Below, one piece after another: positions 26,660-40,399 of a DNA stretch of 64,000 nt. A program made the position numbers and the translations under genes. This DNA is from Chiloscyllium plagiosum (taxonomy: Eukaryota), in assembly GCF_004010195.1 (NCBI RefSeq), contig NC_057757.1, forward strand, positions 9,777,154 through 9,841,153, read 5' to 3'. Position 1 is the first letter of the stretch; each line of letters begins with the position of its first letter. Under the pieces are notes generated by a model that ran no database searches, was not told the DNA's origin, and worked only from the letters and a program-made list of their open reading frames with translations.

Positions 26660-29376
26660 CATAGAACATAGAACAGAGAACATTGCAACGCAGTACAGGC
26701 CCTTCAGCCCTCGAGGATGCACCTACCTGTGAAACCAATCTGAAGCCCATCTAACCTACACTATTCCATTTTCGTCCATATGTTTATCCAATGACTATTT
26801 AAATGCCCTTAAAGTTGGCGAGTCTACTTCTGTTGCAGGCAGGACATTCCACGCCTCTACTACTCTCTGAGTAACGAAACTACCTCTGACATCTGTCCTC
26901 GATCTGTCACCCCTCAATGTAAAGCTATGTCCTCTCATGCTAGCTATCACCATCCGAGGAAAAAGCTCTCCCTGTCCGCCTTATCTAACCCTCCGATTAT
27001 CTTAAATGTCTCAATTAAGTCACCTCTCAATCTTCTTCTCTCCAACGAAAACAGCCTCTCTAGTCCCTCAGCCTTTCCTCATAAGACCTTCCCTCCATAC
27101 TAGGCAACATTCTAGTAAATCTGCTCTGAACCCTTTCCAAAGCTTTCACATCCTTCCTATAATGCGGTATCCAGAACTGTACGCAATACTCCAAGTGTGG
27201 CCGCACTCCAGTTTTGTACAGCTGCAGCATAACCTCGTAGCTCCAAAACTCAATCCCCCTACCAATAAAAGCAAACACATCTAAGCCTTCTTAACAAGCC
27301 CATCAATCTGCGTGGCAACTTTCAGGGATCTGTATACATGGACACTGAGATCTCTCTGCTCATCGAAACTGCCAAGAATCTTACTGTTGCCTAGTACTTC
27401 TTATTCCTGTTGTTCCTTCCAAAGTGAATCACCTCACACTTTTCCGCATTAAGCTCTATTTGCCACCTCTCAACCCAGCTCTGCAGCTTATCTATGTCCC
27501 TCTGTAACCTACAACATCCTTCGGCACTGTCCAGAACTCCACTGACCTTAGTGTCATCTGCAAATTTACTAACCCATCTTTCTACGCCCTCATCCAGGTC
27601 ATTTATAAAAATGACAAACAGTAGTGGCCACAAAACAGATCCTTGCGGTACACCACTAGTAACTGAACTCCAGGATGAACATTTCCCATCAACAACCACC
27701 CTCTGTCTTCTTTCAGCTAGCCAACTTCTGATCTAAACCACTAAATCACCTTCAATCCCATGCCTCCATATTTTGTGCAATAGCCTACCATGGGGAACCT
27801 TATCAAAAGCCTTACTGAAATCAATATACACCACATCAACCGCTTTACCCTCATCCACCTGTTTGGTCACCATCTCAAAGAACTAAATGAGGTTTGTGAG
27901 GCACAACATACCCTTCACAAAACCATGTTGACTATCCCTAATCAACTTATTCATATTTAGATGATTATAAATCCTAGCTCTTATAACCTTTTCCAACACT
28001 TTACCCACAACCAAAGTAAGGCTCACTAGTCTATAATTGCCAAGGTTGTCTCTACTCCCCTTCTCGAACAAGGGAGCAACATTTGCTATCCTCTAGTCTT
28101 CTGGCACTTTTCCTATGGACAATGACGACATAAAGATCAAAGCGAAAGGCTCTGTATTCTCCTCCCTGACTTTCCAGGGAATCCTCGGATAAATCCCATC
28201 CGGTCCGGGGACTTATCTATTTTCACACTTTCCAGAATTGCTAACAGTCCTGTCCAGTCTCGTAGCCTGTATCTCAGTATTCTTCTCGACAACATTGTCT
28301 TTTTCCAGTGTGAATACTGACGAAAAATATTCATTTAGCACTTCCCCTATTTCCTCGGACTCCACGCACAACTTCCCACTACTGGACTTGGCTGGCCCTA
28401 ATCTTACTTTAGTCATTCTTTTATTCCTGATATACCTATAGAAAGCCTTAGGGTTTTCCATTATCCTATCTGCCAACAACTTCTCATGTCCCCTCCTGGC
28501 TCTTCTTATATCTCTCTTTAGGTCTTTCCTGGCTAACGTGTAATTCTCAACCGCGCTGAGCCTTCACATCTCATCCTTATATAAGCCTTCTTCTTCCTCT
28601 TGACAAGAGATTCAACTTCTTTAGTAAACCACGGCTCCCTCGCTTGACCCTTCCTCCCTGCCTGACGGGTACATACTTATCAAGGATACGCAGTAGCTGT
28701 TCTTTGAATAAGCTCCACATTTCAATCGTGCCCATCCCCTGCAGTTTCCTTCCCCATCCTATGCATCCTAAATCTTACCTAATCGCACCATATTTGCCTT
28801 TCCCCCAGCTATGACTCTTGCCTTGCGGTATATACCTATCCCTTTCAATCACTAAAGTAAACATAACCAAATTGTGGTCACTATCACCAAAGTGCTTACC
28901 TACCTCCAATTCTAACGCCTGGCCTAGTTCATTACCCAGTACCAAATCCAATGTTGCCTCACCCCTTGTTGGCCTGTCTACATACTGTGTCAGGAAACCA
29001 TCCTGCACGCATTGGACAAAAACTGACCCATCTAAATATACACAGGGACTGCTGCTATGCATTAGTCAGAGGGAAATGGGTCTGGGTGGGTTACTCTTCA
29101 GAGGGTCGGTGTTGACTTGTTGGGCCGAAAGGCCTGTTTCCACAATGTAGGGAATCTAATATAAAGTTTGTCAATATTTGGAAAATTAAAGTCCCCTGTA
29201 ACAACTACCCTGTTACTCTCACTCCTATGCAGAATCATCTTTGCTGTCCTTTCCGTTACATCCCTGGAACAATTTAAAGGCCTCCAGAAAACTCCCACCA
29301 GCGTGACTTTTCCTTTCGTGTTTCTAACCTCAGCTCATACTACCTCAGTCGATGAATCCTCAAATGTCCATTCTGC
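26660..29376 (-). mobile_element. Long CR1/HER1 LINE (endonuclease to 3' end), inactive, with an HE1 tail nested at about 29063-29160
   Basis: APE motifs GDFNFP, LDLVLGN and SDH, and RT motifs, with frameshifts. Runs into gap 29377-29876. Confidence 0.95.
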
Positions 29377-29876
29377 NNNNNNNNNNNNNNNNNNNNNNNN
29401 NNNNNNNNNNNNNNNNNNNNNNNNNNNNNNNNNNNNNNNNNNNNNNNNNNNNNNNNNNNNNNNNNNNNNNNNNNNNNNNNNNNNNNNNNNNNNNNNNNNN
29501 NNNNNNNNNNNNNNNNNNNNNNNNNNNNNNNNNNNNNNNNNNNNNNNNNNNNNNNNNNNNNNNNNNNNNNNNNNNNNNNNNNNNNNNNNNNNNNNNNNNN
29601 NNNNNNNNNNNNNNNNNNNNNNNNNNNNNNNNNNNNNNNNNNNNNNNNNNNNNNNNNNNNNNNNNNNNNNNNNNNNNNNNNNNNNNNNNNNNNNNNNNNN
29701 NNNNNNNNNNNNNNNNNNNNNNNNNNNNNNNNNNNNNNNNNNNNNNNNNNNNNNNNNNNNNNNNNNNNNNNNNNNNNNNNNNNNNNNNNNNNNNNNNNNN
29801 NNNNNNNNNNNNNNNNNNNNNNNNNNNNNNNNNNNNNNNNNNNNNNNNNNNNNNNNNNNNNNNNNNNNNNNNNNNN

Positions 29877-32858
29877 TCAATTTTTAAACAGTGGCGTCAC
29901 ATTTGCTGTTTTCCAATCTGCTGGGACTGCCCTGGAATTCAGCAAATTTTAGCAAATTGCCACAATTGCATTACTATTTTTCCCGCTACCTCTTCTAGAA
30001 TCCTGGGATGCATTCCATCAAGGCCAGGAGACTTGCCTACCCTCAGCTCCGTCAGCTTGCGCAACACTATCTCTTCCAGAATAATGATTGTTTCCAAGGT
30101 CCTCACCTACCTCCGTCTCTTTGGCAATTACTAGCATGCTATTAGTGTCCTCCACTATGATGACAGATACAAAACACCTGTTCAATGTCTCGGCCATTTC
30201 GTCATATCCTATAACTAAATGTCAATTCCCATCCTCTAAAGACCAACATGTACTTGAGTCATGCTTTTTCATTTTATACATTTATGGTATATACAATCAT
30301 CTATGTATCTTTATATTCTGTACTTGTTTTTCTCTCTCTCGTGTTTATTCATACTTTTCTTTATTGTTCATTTTGTGGCGTTCTGTTGACCTTCAATGTT
30401 TTCCTCAATCTTTTAGGTTTCTGCTGTTCTTGTCCAGTTCGCAATCATTTTCTGTCAATTTGGTAGCGTTCCTTATTTCCTTAGACACAATTGACAGATT
30501 ACCCATTTTCTTAGAGTCTTTCCTTTTCACTGGAATATACGTTTGCCACGGAAATTAAAAATCTCCTTTCAAAATTCTCCACTGATTGTCAATTCTCTCA
30601 TCATGAAGTATTTGTTTCGAGGTGACTTTCGCCAACTCCTCCCTCATTCTATTGTCGTCTCCCTTGCTGAATTACAGCAACCTGGTATTGGATTTTATCT
30701 TCACACTCTCCGTCTGTATTCTAAATTCAACCATACTGTGATCACTCCTTCATTATGATGTGAATAATTATTCTTGTCTCATTGTACATGACCAGACCTA
30801 CGATACCTTGCTCCTCATAATGCGTGCTTTTATTTTAGACTTGAAAGTATTCCCAAGTAGTCAAACCCAAAATTTTTGGATTCGCAGCTTTTAAGACATC
30901 CAAGAAAAATAAAACAAGGCCAGAACAAACTTGTTAAAGGAGTAGCGTTGTCACAACACTAGACTTGGGAGTTCCTCAAAAATGTTTCTGATAATCCAAG
31001 TTCACTGCATCCATTGCTGCGCCATAATTTATTTCCCTTTCAGTTTCTCAAATATGAGTGGCCTTTAATAAATCGGCAATGACTTTATCTATGTTCGTTA
31101 CTGTATAATTAATGTAATTTTCAAAGTTCCCTGAAAATGCGTCCTTTCTAATAGACTCTTGTATTGTCCTGATTTTTTTTTTTTGGTGCTTAGCAGACTG
31201 TTTCCCTGCCTCCTTTAGAAATACTGGGATTACATTTGCTGCTGTGAAATCTGTGAATTCAGTTGCAGAATCAAGCATTTGGAAGAGGATAAACAGAGTA
31301 TTCATTATTATGTTGGCCACCTCCCTTAGTAATTATCGAGAAGATTACCAAGTCATGGGAATGTATTAGATTACAGTCAAAATAATTTTTCCAAAATGGT
31401 TTTTGTACAGATTTGATTCTATTTACATTTTTCTCAGTTTACTGAGAAGCGCTTGGAGTTTACTTTTTGAAACGTTTTCTTTTGTGAAGGCAGAAAAGAA
31501 GTGGTTGCTTAATAGTCCTGCCATTTTCCTGTTCTCTGGTTTCAGACTGTAAGGAAGATACAATGATCTTCTCTAACATTTCACCTTGGTATACTGTATG
31601 TTGAGAAGCTTTTACATTTCACTCTTGTTAATGTACGCTTCATACACCCATCATTTCCTGTCTTATGCTGCTCAGTGATTGACCTTCCACAGCCATGCAA
31701 TCACAGAAGCATCCTCTGTACAGTTAGAAATACAGTACAATCTATATTCGTCCCACTTTCATGCATCATAGACGTAAGTGTTATGACACTTCAAGTGCTT
31801 GTCCACGTACCTTATAACGGCTGTGCGATGACCCACAACAACTTCCCTCTCAAAAAGTGCATGCCAGACACCACATCCTCTGGGTGTAAAACCATCCTGA
31901 AATCCTCTCTAAACCTCAAACGCTTCACTTTAAAAGCGTGCTCCTTTGTTCTTGACCCTCTGACTAAAAGAAACCGCTACTGTCTATCTACCCTGTCCAT
32001 GTCCTTCGTAATCTTACCCTTCTGAATCACGTTCCCCTCAGTCTTCTCTGCTCCAAAGTAAACAACCCGAGCGTATCCAGCCCCTCTCCATAGCTGATAT
32101 GCTCCATTCCAGGGAACATCCGGGTGAATCTCCTCTGCACCACATTCAGTGCAATCACATCTTTCCTGTAATATGGATCCCTGCACTGCACACAGTATTC
32201 CATCTTGGCCTAACCAAAGTGCTATATAGCTCTTGTAATCTATGCCACGATTAGTAAAGGTTATGCCTGCTGTCTCCAATTACCTCTTTACTAATCTATT
32301 ACCCAGTCCCGTCATATACCGGGATGTGTGGAGAAGCACCCTCTAAACTTGCGAGTCTGCTGCCATTTATTGAGTCCTCCACCGTCTGGTTCATTCTTCC
32401 AAAGTGCATCACCTCATATTTATCAGGGTTACATTCCATCTGCCATTGATCTGCCCATCTGACCATTCCATCCGCATCTTCCTGTAACGGAAGACCTTCC
32501 TCCTCACTGCCAACCACCCGAATAATCTATGTGACAGACACAAACATAATTTTTACACTCATCCCATGCCCCTTCACATTCACATTTGTATCATTTATGA
32601 ATACCACAAATAATAAGTGACACAACACTGACACGCAAACAGTCTTCAACAACCAGCTATTTTCTGCAATAGTTTCTCGAACATTGATCTGATACTCAAA
32701 GGTCTGTAGTTCCTTGGTCAATCTCTGCAGCCCTTCCCAAAAAGGGTATTCTCCAGTCCTCGGCACCTTACCTGTGACCAGATTGTATTTAAACATTTTC
32801 ATCAGCGCCTTTCATCTCTTGTCTCCAACAGCAGCCTGAGATGTAATTGAGCTGGACC
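29877..32858 (-). mobile_element. Old degenerate CR1 fragments
   Basis: Remnants such as WADQWQMECNPDKYEVMHFG and the PGLDGMHPRIL-type motif. Confidence 0.75.
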
Positions 32859-32942
32859 NNNNNNNNNNNNNNNNNNNNNNNNNNNNNNNNNNNNNNNNNN
32901 NNNNNNNNNNNNNNNNNNNNNNNNNNNNNNNNNNNNNNNNNN

Positions 32943-32999
32943 CCCGGGTCTCTGGCGCTGTGAGGCAGCAGTGCTAACCACTGTGCCACCGTGCCGCCC
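32943..32999 (-). mobile_element. HE1 SINE head, remainder in gap
   Basis: Minus strand GGGCGGCACGGTGGCACAGTGGTTAGCACTGCTGCCTCACAGCGCC. Confidence 0.9.
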
Positions 33000-33244
33000 A
33001 CGAATTCTCGAATTCTGTTTCTGCATCCTCCTTCTCCCAAGTAAAACATACATGAAGCTTTCATATATCAATGTTCACCAGCTTCACAAACAGATTCCCG
33101 CCTTGATCTCAGGCCAAGTTTCGTCAGCAGAAAACCTTGCTATCTGAGGGATTAATGTGGAGAATGTCCATTCAGTATATGGGATTAGTATATTTTATTT
33201 CGATCAAGACATCAAAATTGTATACAATGCTCCGGGTACTGTCT

Positions 33245-33454
33245 AGGAGAAAGAGAGGACTGCAGATGCTAGAGATCAGAGCTGAAAAATATGTTGCTGG
33301 AAAAGCGCAGCAAGTCAGGCAGCATCCAAGGAGCAGGAGAATCGACATTTTGCACTTAAGCATTCCTGAAGAAGGGCTCATGCCCGAAACGTCGATCCTC
33401 CTGCTCCTTGGATGCTGCCTGACCTGCTGCCCTTTTCCAGCAACACATGTTTCA
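33245..33454. mobile_element. Palindromic Penelope insertion with hammerhead motif
   Basis: Inverted arms, CTGAAGA-agggctcatgccc-GAAACGTC core, and 16-bp TSD with 2 mismatches (33229-33244 / 33455-33470). Confidence 0.85.
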
Positions 33455-33799
33455 GCTCCAGGTACAGTCTCACCAGCACTCTGTGTAACTAGTGCAGAAT
33501 GTTTTTACTGCTCGTCTGAACAAATTACTGCAGAAGCTGGAATCTGTACTGAATCTAACAAATGCTAGTCATCACATCTGAGTCAGACAGCATCCGTAAA
33601 GAGAGAGCAAGTTAATGCTTTGTGTCCAGTTGACCCTTCATCATCTGTATTCGGATTCCCTTTAAATGAAGGCAAACGTAACTTTTACCTTCCGTGTTTG
33701 TATATGTTCCTTCCAATTCCCTTTGCTTTAATGCTTTCTGCTAACTTACTGTGTGTACTGATTAAGAATCCTCCTGAATATCTGACTACATTGCATCCA

Positions 33800-35720
33800 T
33801 TACTTCTCTATGTTTAGGTCTACAAGATAACTTCCCTTTTATAAATGCAGAATAATTCTCTTGAAGTTTGCTATTACTTTCTTAGTGTCCAATATCACAA
33901 TCGTAATGATAGATTGCAAAAGATTACTTCCGACGGATGACAAGTAAACTGGTCTGTAGTTTTCCACTCTACCTCTTCTTCCCTTCTTAAATAGTTGTAA
34001 TGCATTTATATCCTTTCAAATTGGATACCGATAAATACAGTCATCCACAATACAATCCATCTTTGTATTGCTGGTTTCACTGAAAGTGCAGTATGAAGTA
34101 CATCTGGACTGTCAGATTTATCAATCCTCAATCCAGGTATGTTGTCATATGCTACCACGGCACTAGTATGAAGGATTTTAGTGTTCAGTTACAAACGGCT
34201 GTGGTATTTCTGGGATATTTTCTGGATCTTCGTCCGTGAAGGCAGACATAATGTAACAGTTTCGTCTCCCTGTCAATTTTCTGTTCTCTACAATAAATTA
34301 TCATTTCCACACATTCACGCTGCCACATTTGGCCTTGTTTTCATTTTCCTTTCAAATATGGACAGACACTTTGCGCCAGTATTTACCAAGAACAAAACAA
34401 ATTGTAGCACAGGAACAGGCCCTTCGGGCCTTCCAAGCCTGCACCGATCCAGATCCTCTGTCTAACCTGTCACCTATTTTCGAAGCATCTGTATCCATCT
34501 GCTCCCTATCCATTAATGTATCTGTCTAGATACATATTAAATATCCCTATCGTGACCACATCTACCACCTCCGCTGGCAATGCGTTTCAGGTATCTGCCA
34601 GTCTCTGTGTAAAGAACTTTCAAAACATATCTCCCATAAACCTTTTCCCTATGATCTTGAATTCCTGGCCACTAGAAATTGAGTACCCCACTATGGGAAT
34701 AAGCGTCTTGCTATCCACCCTGTCTATACCTCTCATGATTTTGTAGAACCCAACCAGGTCCCCCGAACCTCCGTCAGTTTAATTAAAATAATCTTAATTT
34801 ACCAAACCTCTGTTCAGAGCCAGTTGCCTCCAATACCAGGTGAAACTCATCTGCACCATCTCCAAAGCATCCTTTTGGTAAGGTGGCGATCAGAACTGTG
34901 CGAATTATCCCAAATGTTGTCGAACCAAAGCCATACACAACTGTAACATGACCTGTCATCTCTTGTACACAATAGATTCCAGCAGGTTCTCTTTTGTGGA
35001 TGACAAGTTAACTGGTCTGTATTTCGCCAATTTCTCTTTTCTGCCCTTCATAAAATGGTGGAATGCAGGAAGCAAAGTATGCTGTATGCCTTCTTGAGCA
35101 CTCTATCGACCTGCCGCTGTAAGGAACAATGGATCTGAACAACGAGATCTCTCTGTACATCAATTTTGCCCAGGGCTTTTTCCATTTACCCTATCGTACA
35201 CTCTTGAATTGGATCTTCCAAAATGCATAATCTCACATTTGTCCAGATTGAACTCTATTTGCCATTTCTCTGCACAACTCTACAATCGATCTATTTTCTG
35301 CTGCATTCTCAGACAGTCCCCTTTACTTTCTGCGACTCCGCCAATCGTAGTGCTATTGGCAAACATATTAATCAGACCACCTTTACCTTCCTTTAGTTCA
35401 TTTATGTGCATCATAAACAATAGCGGTCCCAGCACTAAACCCTGTGAAATACCACTCACAAGAGTTCTTCATTTTGAGAAAATCCCTTCCACTGCTACTC
35501 TCTGTCTGCTGCTGCCCAGCCTGTTCTCCATCCAGTTAGCTAGTAGACCCTGGACCCCTTGCAACTTCACCTTCTCCGTCAGCTTACCTCATCAAATACC
35601 TTACTGAAGTCCATCATATAACATCTACAGTCTTTTCCTCACTACCAATTTTCACTTCCACAAAGAAATCTATTATGTTTGCGAAGATGTGATCTCCCCG
35701 AAACAAAACCAGGTAAGGTC
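33800..35720 (-). mobile_element. Degenerate CR1 fragments
   Basis: Antisense of WAEKWQIEFN and 3' tail caggcccttcgg. Confidence 0.75.
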
Positions 35721-35724
35721 TTGT

Positions 35725-36060
35725 TTGGAGTCTGTCTGTGTTGTACTCTGGAATCAGACGGGTTTTAATTCCAAGACAGAACTTTATAAAATGCCACATT
35801 GACTGACTGCCTACAAAATACATGTTCTTTTAAAATAAAATTAAAGGTATTTGCAAGTACAAACCTGCAAATTCAAATTCACCCCACAGATTCATGTGTG
35901 TGTGCATGTGAGAAATGCGGAGTGTGTGCGCGCGGGGGTGGGGTAAGAATGTGTGACAGAGAGTGTGTATGTGTGTGTGAGAGAGAGAACGAGCGTGTGC
36001 GTGTGTGTGTGTGCGCGCGCACATGTGCATGCAAGGGTGGTAGGTGCGTGTGTCCTCGTT
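35725..36060. repeat. Penelope-associated segment and (GT)/(GA) microsatellite
   Basis: Visible GT/GA runs at 35895-36050. Confidence 0.6.
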
Positions 36061-36324
36061 AAGACACAGACAGAGTTGGCAGATCCCTTTCCCCACTAAC
36101 GCTCTGGTTTAAGAGCATCCACACTCTGCAGCCTCTGCTCCAGTTGTTGTTCATGTTACAGACCCAGGTACTGTAACTACAGTCCCCGTGCTCCATCCAG
36201 AGTTGGGTCACAAAATCCTCAGGTCTCCATGAATGTCTGGGGCAGCTCACAGCACAACCTCCAGCAACCATCCCCAACACCTCCACTAAATTTTGAATAA
36301 CATGAGTCAGGCAGAAGATTTTCA

Positions 36325-36715
36325 TAGAGTCATAGAGTCACAGAGATGTACAGCATGGAAACAGACACTTTGGTCCAGCCCGTCCTTGCCGACCAGATAT
36401 CCCAACCCAATCTTGGCGTACCTGCTAGCACCCAGCCCATATCAGTCCAAACCCTTTCCATTTATACACTGATCCAAATGCCTCTTAAACGTTGCAATTG
36501 TACCAGCTTCCACCACTTCGTCCGGCAGTTCATTCCGTACATGTACTACATTGTGTGAAAAAGTTGCCCCTTCGGTCTCTTTCCCCTCTCACACTAAACC
36601 TATGCCCTCTATTTCTGGACTCGCCGACCCCAGCGAAAATACTTTGCCTATTTACTCTATTCATGCCGCTCATATTTTGCAAACCTCTATATGGTCACAC
36701 CTCAGCCTCCGACGC
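36325..36715 (-). mobile_element. CR1/HER1 3' end
   Basis: catagagtcatagagtc tail and antisense TFKRHLD. Confidence 0.9.
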
Positions 36716-37179
36716 AAGTTCGATGCCTGCCCTTTACAATAATACTCGAGGGTTTCCTCGTGTTACTGAAAACACGATCAGCTGAGAGCTACAACCACAG
36801 GCGTTCAGTGGATAGGCACAGACTAAGTTTCAAAGACGTGAGTCAAAGCTTCTGAATCCCTCCTGTCCAACATGGATCATTAAACTGTCAACCTTTATTC
36901 TTTCTTCCGTAGGTGGTAGTAGTGCAAGAGCACTGCAGGATTGCATTTATAACATGACACAAGGGACACACGGGGAAGTGAACAACAGCCCCCACACACA
37001 TTTCACTGTTTCTGAGTTTCACAATGTCAGCACTCAATACATTAGGGACCCACAACTCAAAGCCAGGGAAAGATACGGAGGGACAGAAAAAATCACATTA
37101 AAGATAGAAACAGATAATTAAGGCAGACATAGTCCATATGGTGAAATATGGGGAAAAGGACAGGGCAGTGGGACTAATT

Positions 37180-37330
37180 GGGGAGCTGTGCGGACTATGC
37201 CGAAGTATCGCTTAGTAAAATGAACTATCTACCCCGCAATGGAGAGCTGTGCAGACCATGCCAGTGTATTGCTCAGTAAGGTGGACTGTCTACCCAGCAT
37301 GGGGAGCTGTGCAGACCGTGCCAGTGCATT
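37180..37330 (+). repeat. About 59-bp tandem repeat, 2.5 copies
   Basis: g(g/a)gagctgtgc(a/g)gac..tgcc unit recurs at about 37181, 37241 and 37301. Confidence 0.8.
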
Positions 37331-37701
37331 TCAGCCTCAGTATTGGCCGGGGATGGGATGTAGTCAGAGGAACGAAATGCAATCTGTAACCAGAACAGAA
37401 CACAGTGATCTCAATGCTCTAAATATTAAAACAGCAAGGGCAGTGATAAAATAAATCATGTTTTACAATTGAAACTGGACAGATCAACATAGAGACCCAT
37501 AAGTAACACTGCCAGAAGCAAGGAGCGAGAGAGTGAATTAACAAGTTCATTGCTGCAGTTAGTCGTGGTTTGTAAAGTGAACATCTCGATTTAGAGTCTC
37601 AGCAGGAACAATAACAGCGACAATGATAGTAGAGTCAATGAAAGGACATTATTACAGTCAATTCGGATTTATAAAATTAAAGACTGAACATTGAGACTTA
37701 C

Positions 37702-37882
37702 CAGGGACACCAACGAAAGCCAGGATTGGATAATAAAAATATTGAATAATGTAAAGTGCATATTCGATCCGCCACGATAATGGGATTCGATCATAATATG
37801 TAGAAAAAAAACAAACATCCCAATCTAAACTCCTGTCCATTCTTGATACATTCCAGTCTAATGTTCTCAGATTCTGATTCAT
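37702..37882 (-). CDS. gpr139-like: First coding exon (N-terminus plus most of TM1) of a GPR139/GPR142-like class A GPCR; 7TM exon not visible
   Basis: MNQNLRTLDWNVSRMDRSL...ALYIIQYFYYPILAFVGVP, then a phase-1 donor G|GTAAGT. YYP.LA..GVP with an intron at this point is typical of the family. Acceptor TTCCGCAG at 37987. Confidence 0.75.
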
Positions 37883-38457
37883 TGTTGGAAAATTCCAGAC
37901 ACGTGTGGTCCGATTCTGATCTCTCCCCACTGCCTCTCTTGAGCTGCCGATCCCTGTTAATGCTGTCAGTGGAGCTGCCACTCATACTGCGGAATAGCAC
38001 ATTCAATGGAACTCATTTATCATTAAAAGATTGAACGCCTCCACTGGGATAATTACAATCCATGGAGATTGACATTAATCACAGTCACTAAACAAACAGG
38101 CTCAGTTAAAACCTGCCTTATGTAACATTTATTATCTCAATAAAAGGGAACATTTACTCAGTCTGGGTGGAATAGCTGGGCGTTGGTAAGGGATGGACCA
38201 TAAATCTTTCAATCTTCTTCTTCTTTCTTCCGTGTATGTGGGAGTAGTGAAAGAACACTGCAGGACTGTTTATATTACATACTGTTTGTAAAGGAAGATA
38301 GAGATACATAAACAGACCAGCTACATAAGGTGACCAGTAAACACTATATTTTTGCCCATTGGCGCTGTGCAGTGCTGCTCTTTGTGACATCATTCAGAGC
38401 ATTGAGACTGCTGATCAGGAACAGGAGAAGATAATTCTGTCCCCATATGTCAGTCAG

Positions 38458-38745
38458 AGAGGGAAAGGAGGAGACCATCAGCCTCTCGACCCTGTTACAA
38501 ATGGACAGTGGGAGGCCATAAAGCCCCTCAGGTTTGTTGCAGAGGGATAGGAGGAGATAATTCAGTTTCTCGGGCCTGTTGCAAATGGACAGAAGGAGAC
38601 AATTCAGCCTCTCGGGTCTGTTGCAAATGGACAGAAGGAGGCCATTCAGCTTCTCGGGTCTGTTGCAGAGGGTCAGGAGGATACCATTCAGCCTATTCAG
38701 TATGTTCCAGTGGGACAGAAGGAGGCCATTCTGCTTCGTGAGCCT
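38458..38745 (+). repeat. About 41-bp minisatellite, about 7 degenerate copies
   Basis: Unit ggacagaaggaggccattcagcctctcgggtctgttgcaaat. Confidence 0.85.
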
Positions 38746-38789
38746 GCTATTCAGTAACTACCACTTTTAAAATACTTATGGAGAAGAAC

Positions 38790-40390
38790 CGTCCTGACAT
38801 AAATGGTAAAGTTCTAAATTGAATCAGGCCAACTTTGAACGTTTTATATGGGCAATTTCAAAAGCTGCTTGGGAGGAGCTCGTGGCAGGAAAGTGGGAGG
38901 CCTTCAAAAATGAGATTACAGAGTCTAGATAGAGTATGTTCCAGTTCATGAGCAATGCAAGGCTGGTCGGGAATTCTGGATGGCGAGCGGAATTGAGGTT
39001 CTGTTCAAGAAAAAGACAGAAGCATATGATAGGTATAGACAGTAGGGATCGTGTGAATCCATTGTGGAGTGCCAGGGTTGTAGGCTAATACTCAAGAGGG
39101 AAATCAGGAGGGTAAACTGGGGGCATAAGACATCTTTCGAAAATAAGGTAAGGGACAATCCAAAGTTTTGCTACCAATACATTGAGGTCAAAAGAGTATC
39201 TAGGGAGAGGACAGGACACTTTCAACATCACCAAAGTGACCTATGTGTGGAACTACAGGAGATTGGTGAAATGCTACATCAATGTTTTGCATCAGTACTT
39301 ACTGTGGAGTAGGATATGGAAGGTAGAGAATTTGGGGAAATGAATAGTGATATCTTGAAAAGTGTCCATATCACAGAAGATGAGGAGCTTGCCATATTAA
39401 AATGCACTAAGGTGCATAACCACCTCTGACCTTTTATGTGACTTTTAGATAGGCACTTGGAAGTAAGTACATTGAAGGGCACATAGGTTAGTCTGATCTT
39501 AGAGGAGGAGAAACTGCCGGCACAACATTAACAGTTCAAAGGCCTCTACTATGCTGCACTGTACAGTGTTCTATGACCTGATCAGGTGTACCCCAGAATC
39601 TGTTGGGAATCGAGGGAAGCCATTGTTTGATATCGAGCTGAGATTTTTTTTTATCATGGACAGCCACAGGTGAGGTTCTGCCATTGTTTAAGAACAGTTG
39701 GTAAGGAAAAGTGAGGAAACTATAGACCGGTGGGCCTGATGTCATTAGTGGGGAAGTTGTTGGAGGGGATTCTGAGGGACAGGATTTACTTGTGTTTGGA
39801 AAGGTAAATTAAAATTAGCGATAGTCAACATGACTTTGCGTGTGAGAAATCTTATCTCAATAATTTAATTTAGTTTATTGAAGAAGTGATGAATAAGACT
39901 GATGAAGGCACAAAAATAGAACTGTGGAATAGAATATGGACTTTAATAAGGCATTCAAAAAGGTTCTGCGTGGTAAACTGTTAAGCAGGGTCAGATCGCA
40001 TGGAATACAGGGAGAGCTGTAGATACTTCGCTCGAAGGTAAGAGATTAAGGTAATGTTGGTGCAGCATACTTTATTTGGACTGGGGGCCTGTGACCAACA
40101 GTGGACCAAAAGGATCTAATGGATTTTGTCATTTCTGTAAATGATTTGGATGTGAATATTAGTAGGAATGGTTTGTGAGTTTACAGATAACACCAAAATT
40201 GGTGAGGTGGTGGACAGTAAAGATGGTTAACTCAGAGTAAGACGGGACCCTGATAAGATGAGTCAAAGGGCCGAGGAGTGGCTGATGGAGTTCATGTCAG
40301 ACAATCGGATGGTGTAACATTTTTCTGAGCCAAATTGGGTCAGCACTTGTAGGCAGGATCCTGGGAAGTGTTTCCAAACACAGACATCTA
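38790..40390 (+). mobile_element. Degenerate CR1 LINE
   Basis: NPKFCYQYI and VGKLLEGILRDRIY-type remnants. Confidence 0.8.
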
Positions 40391-40399
40391 ACTAGAAAC

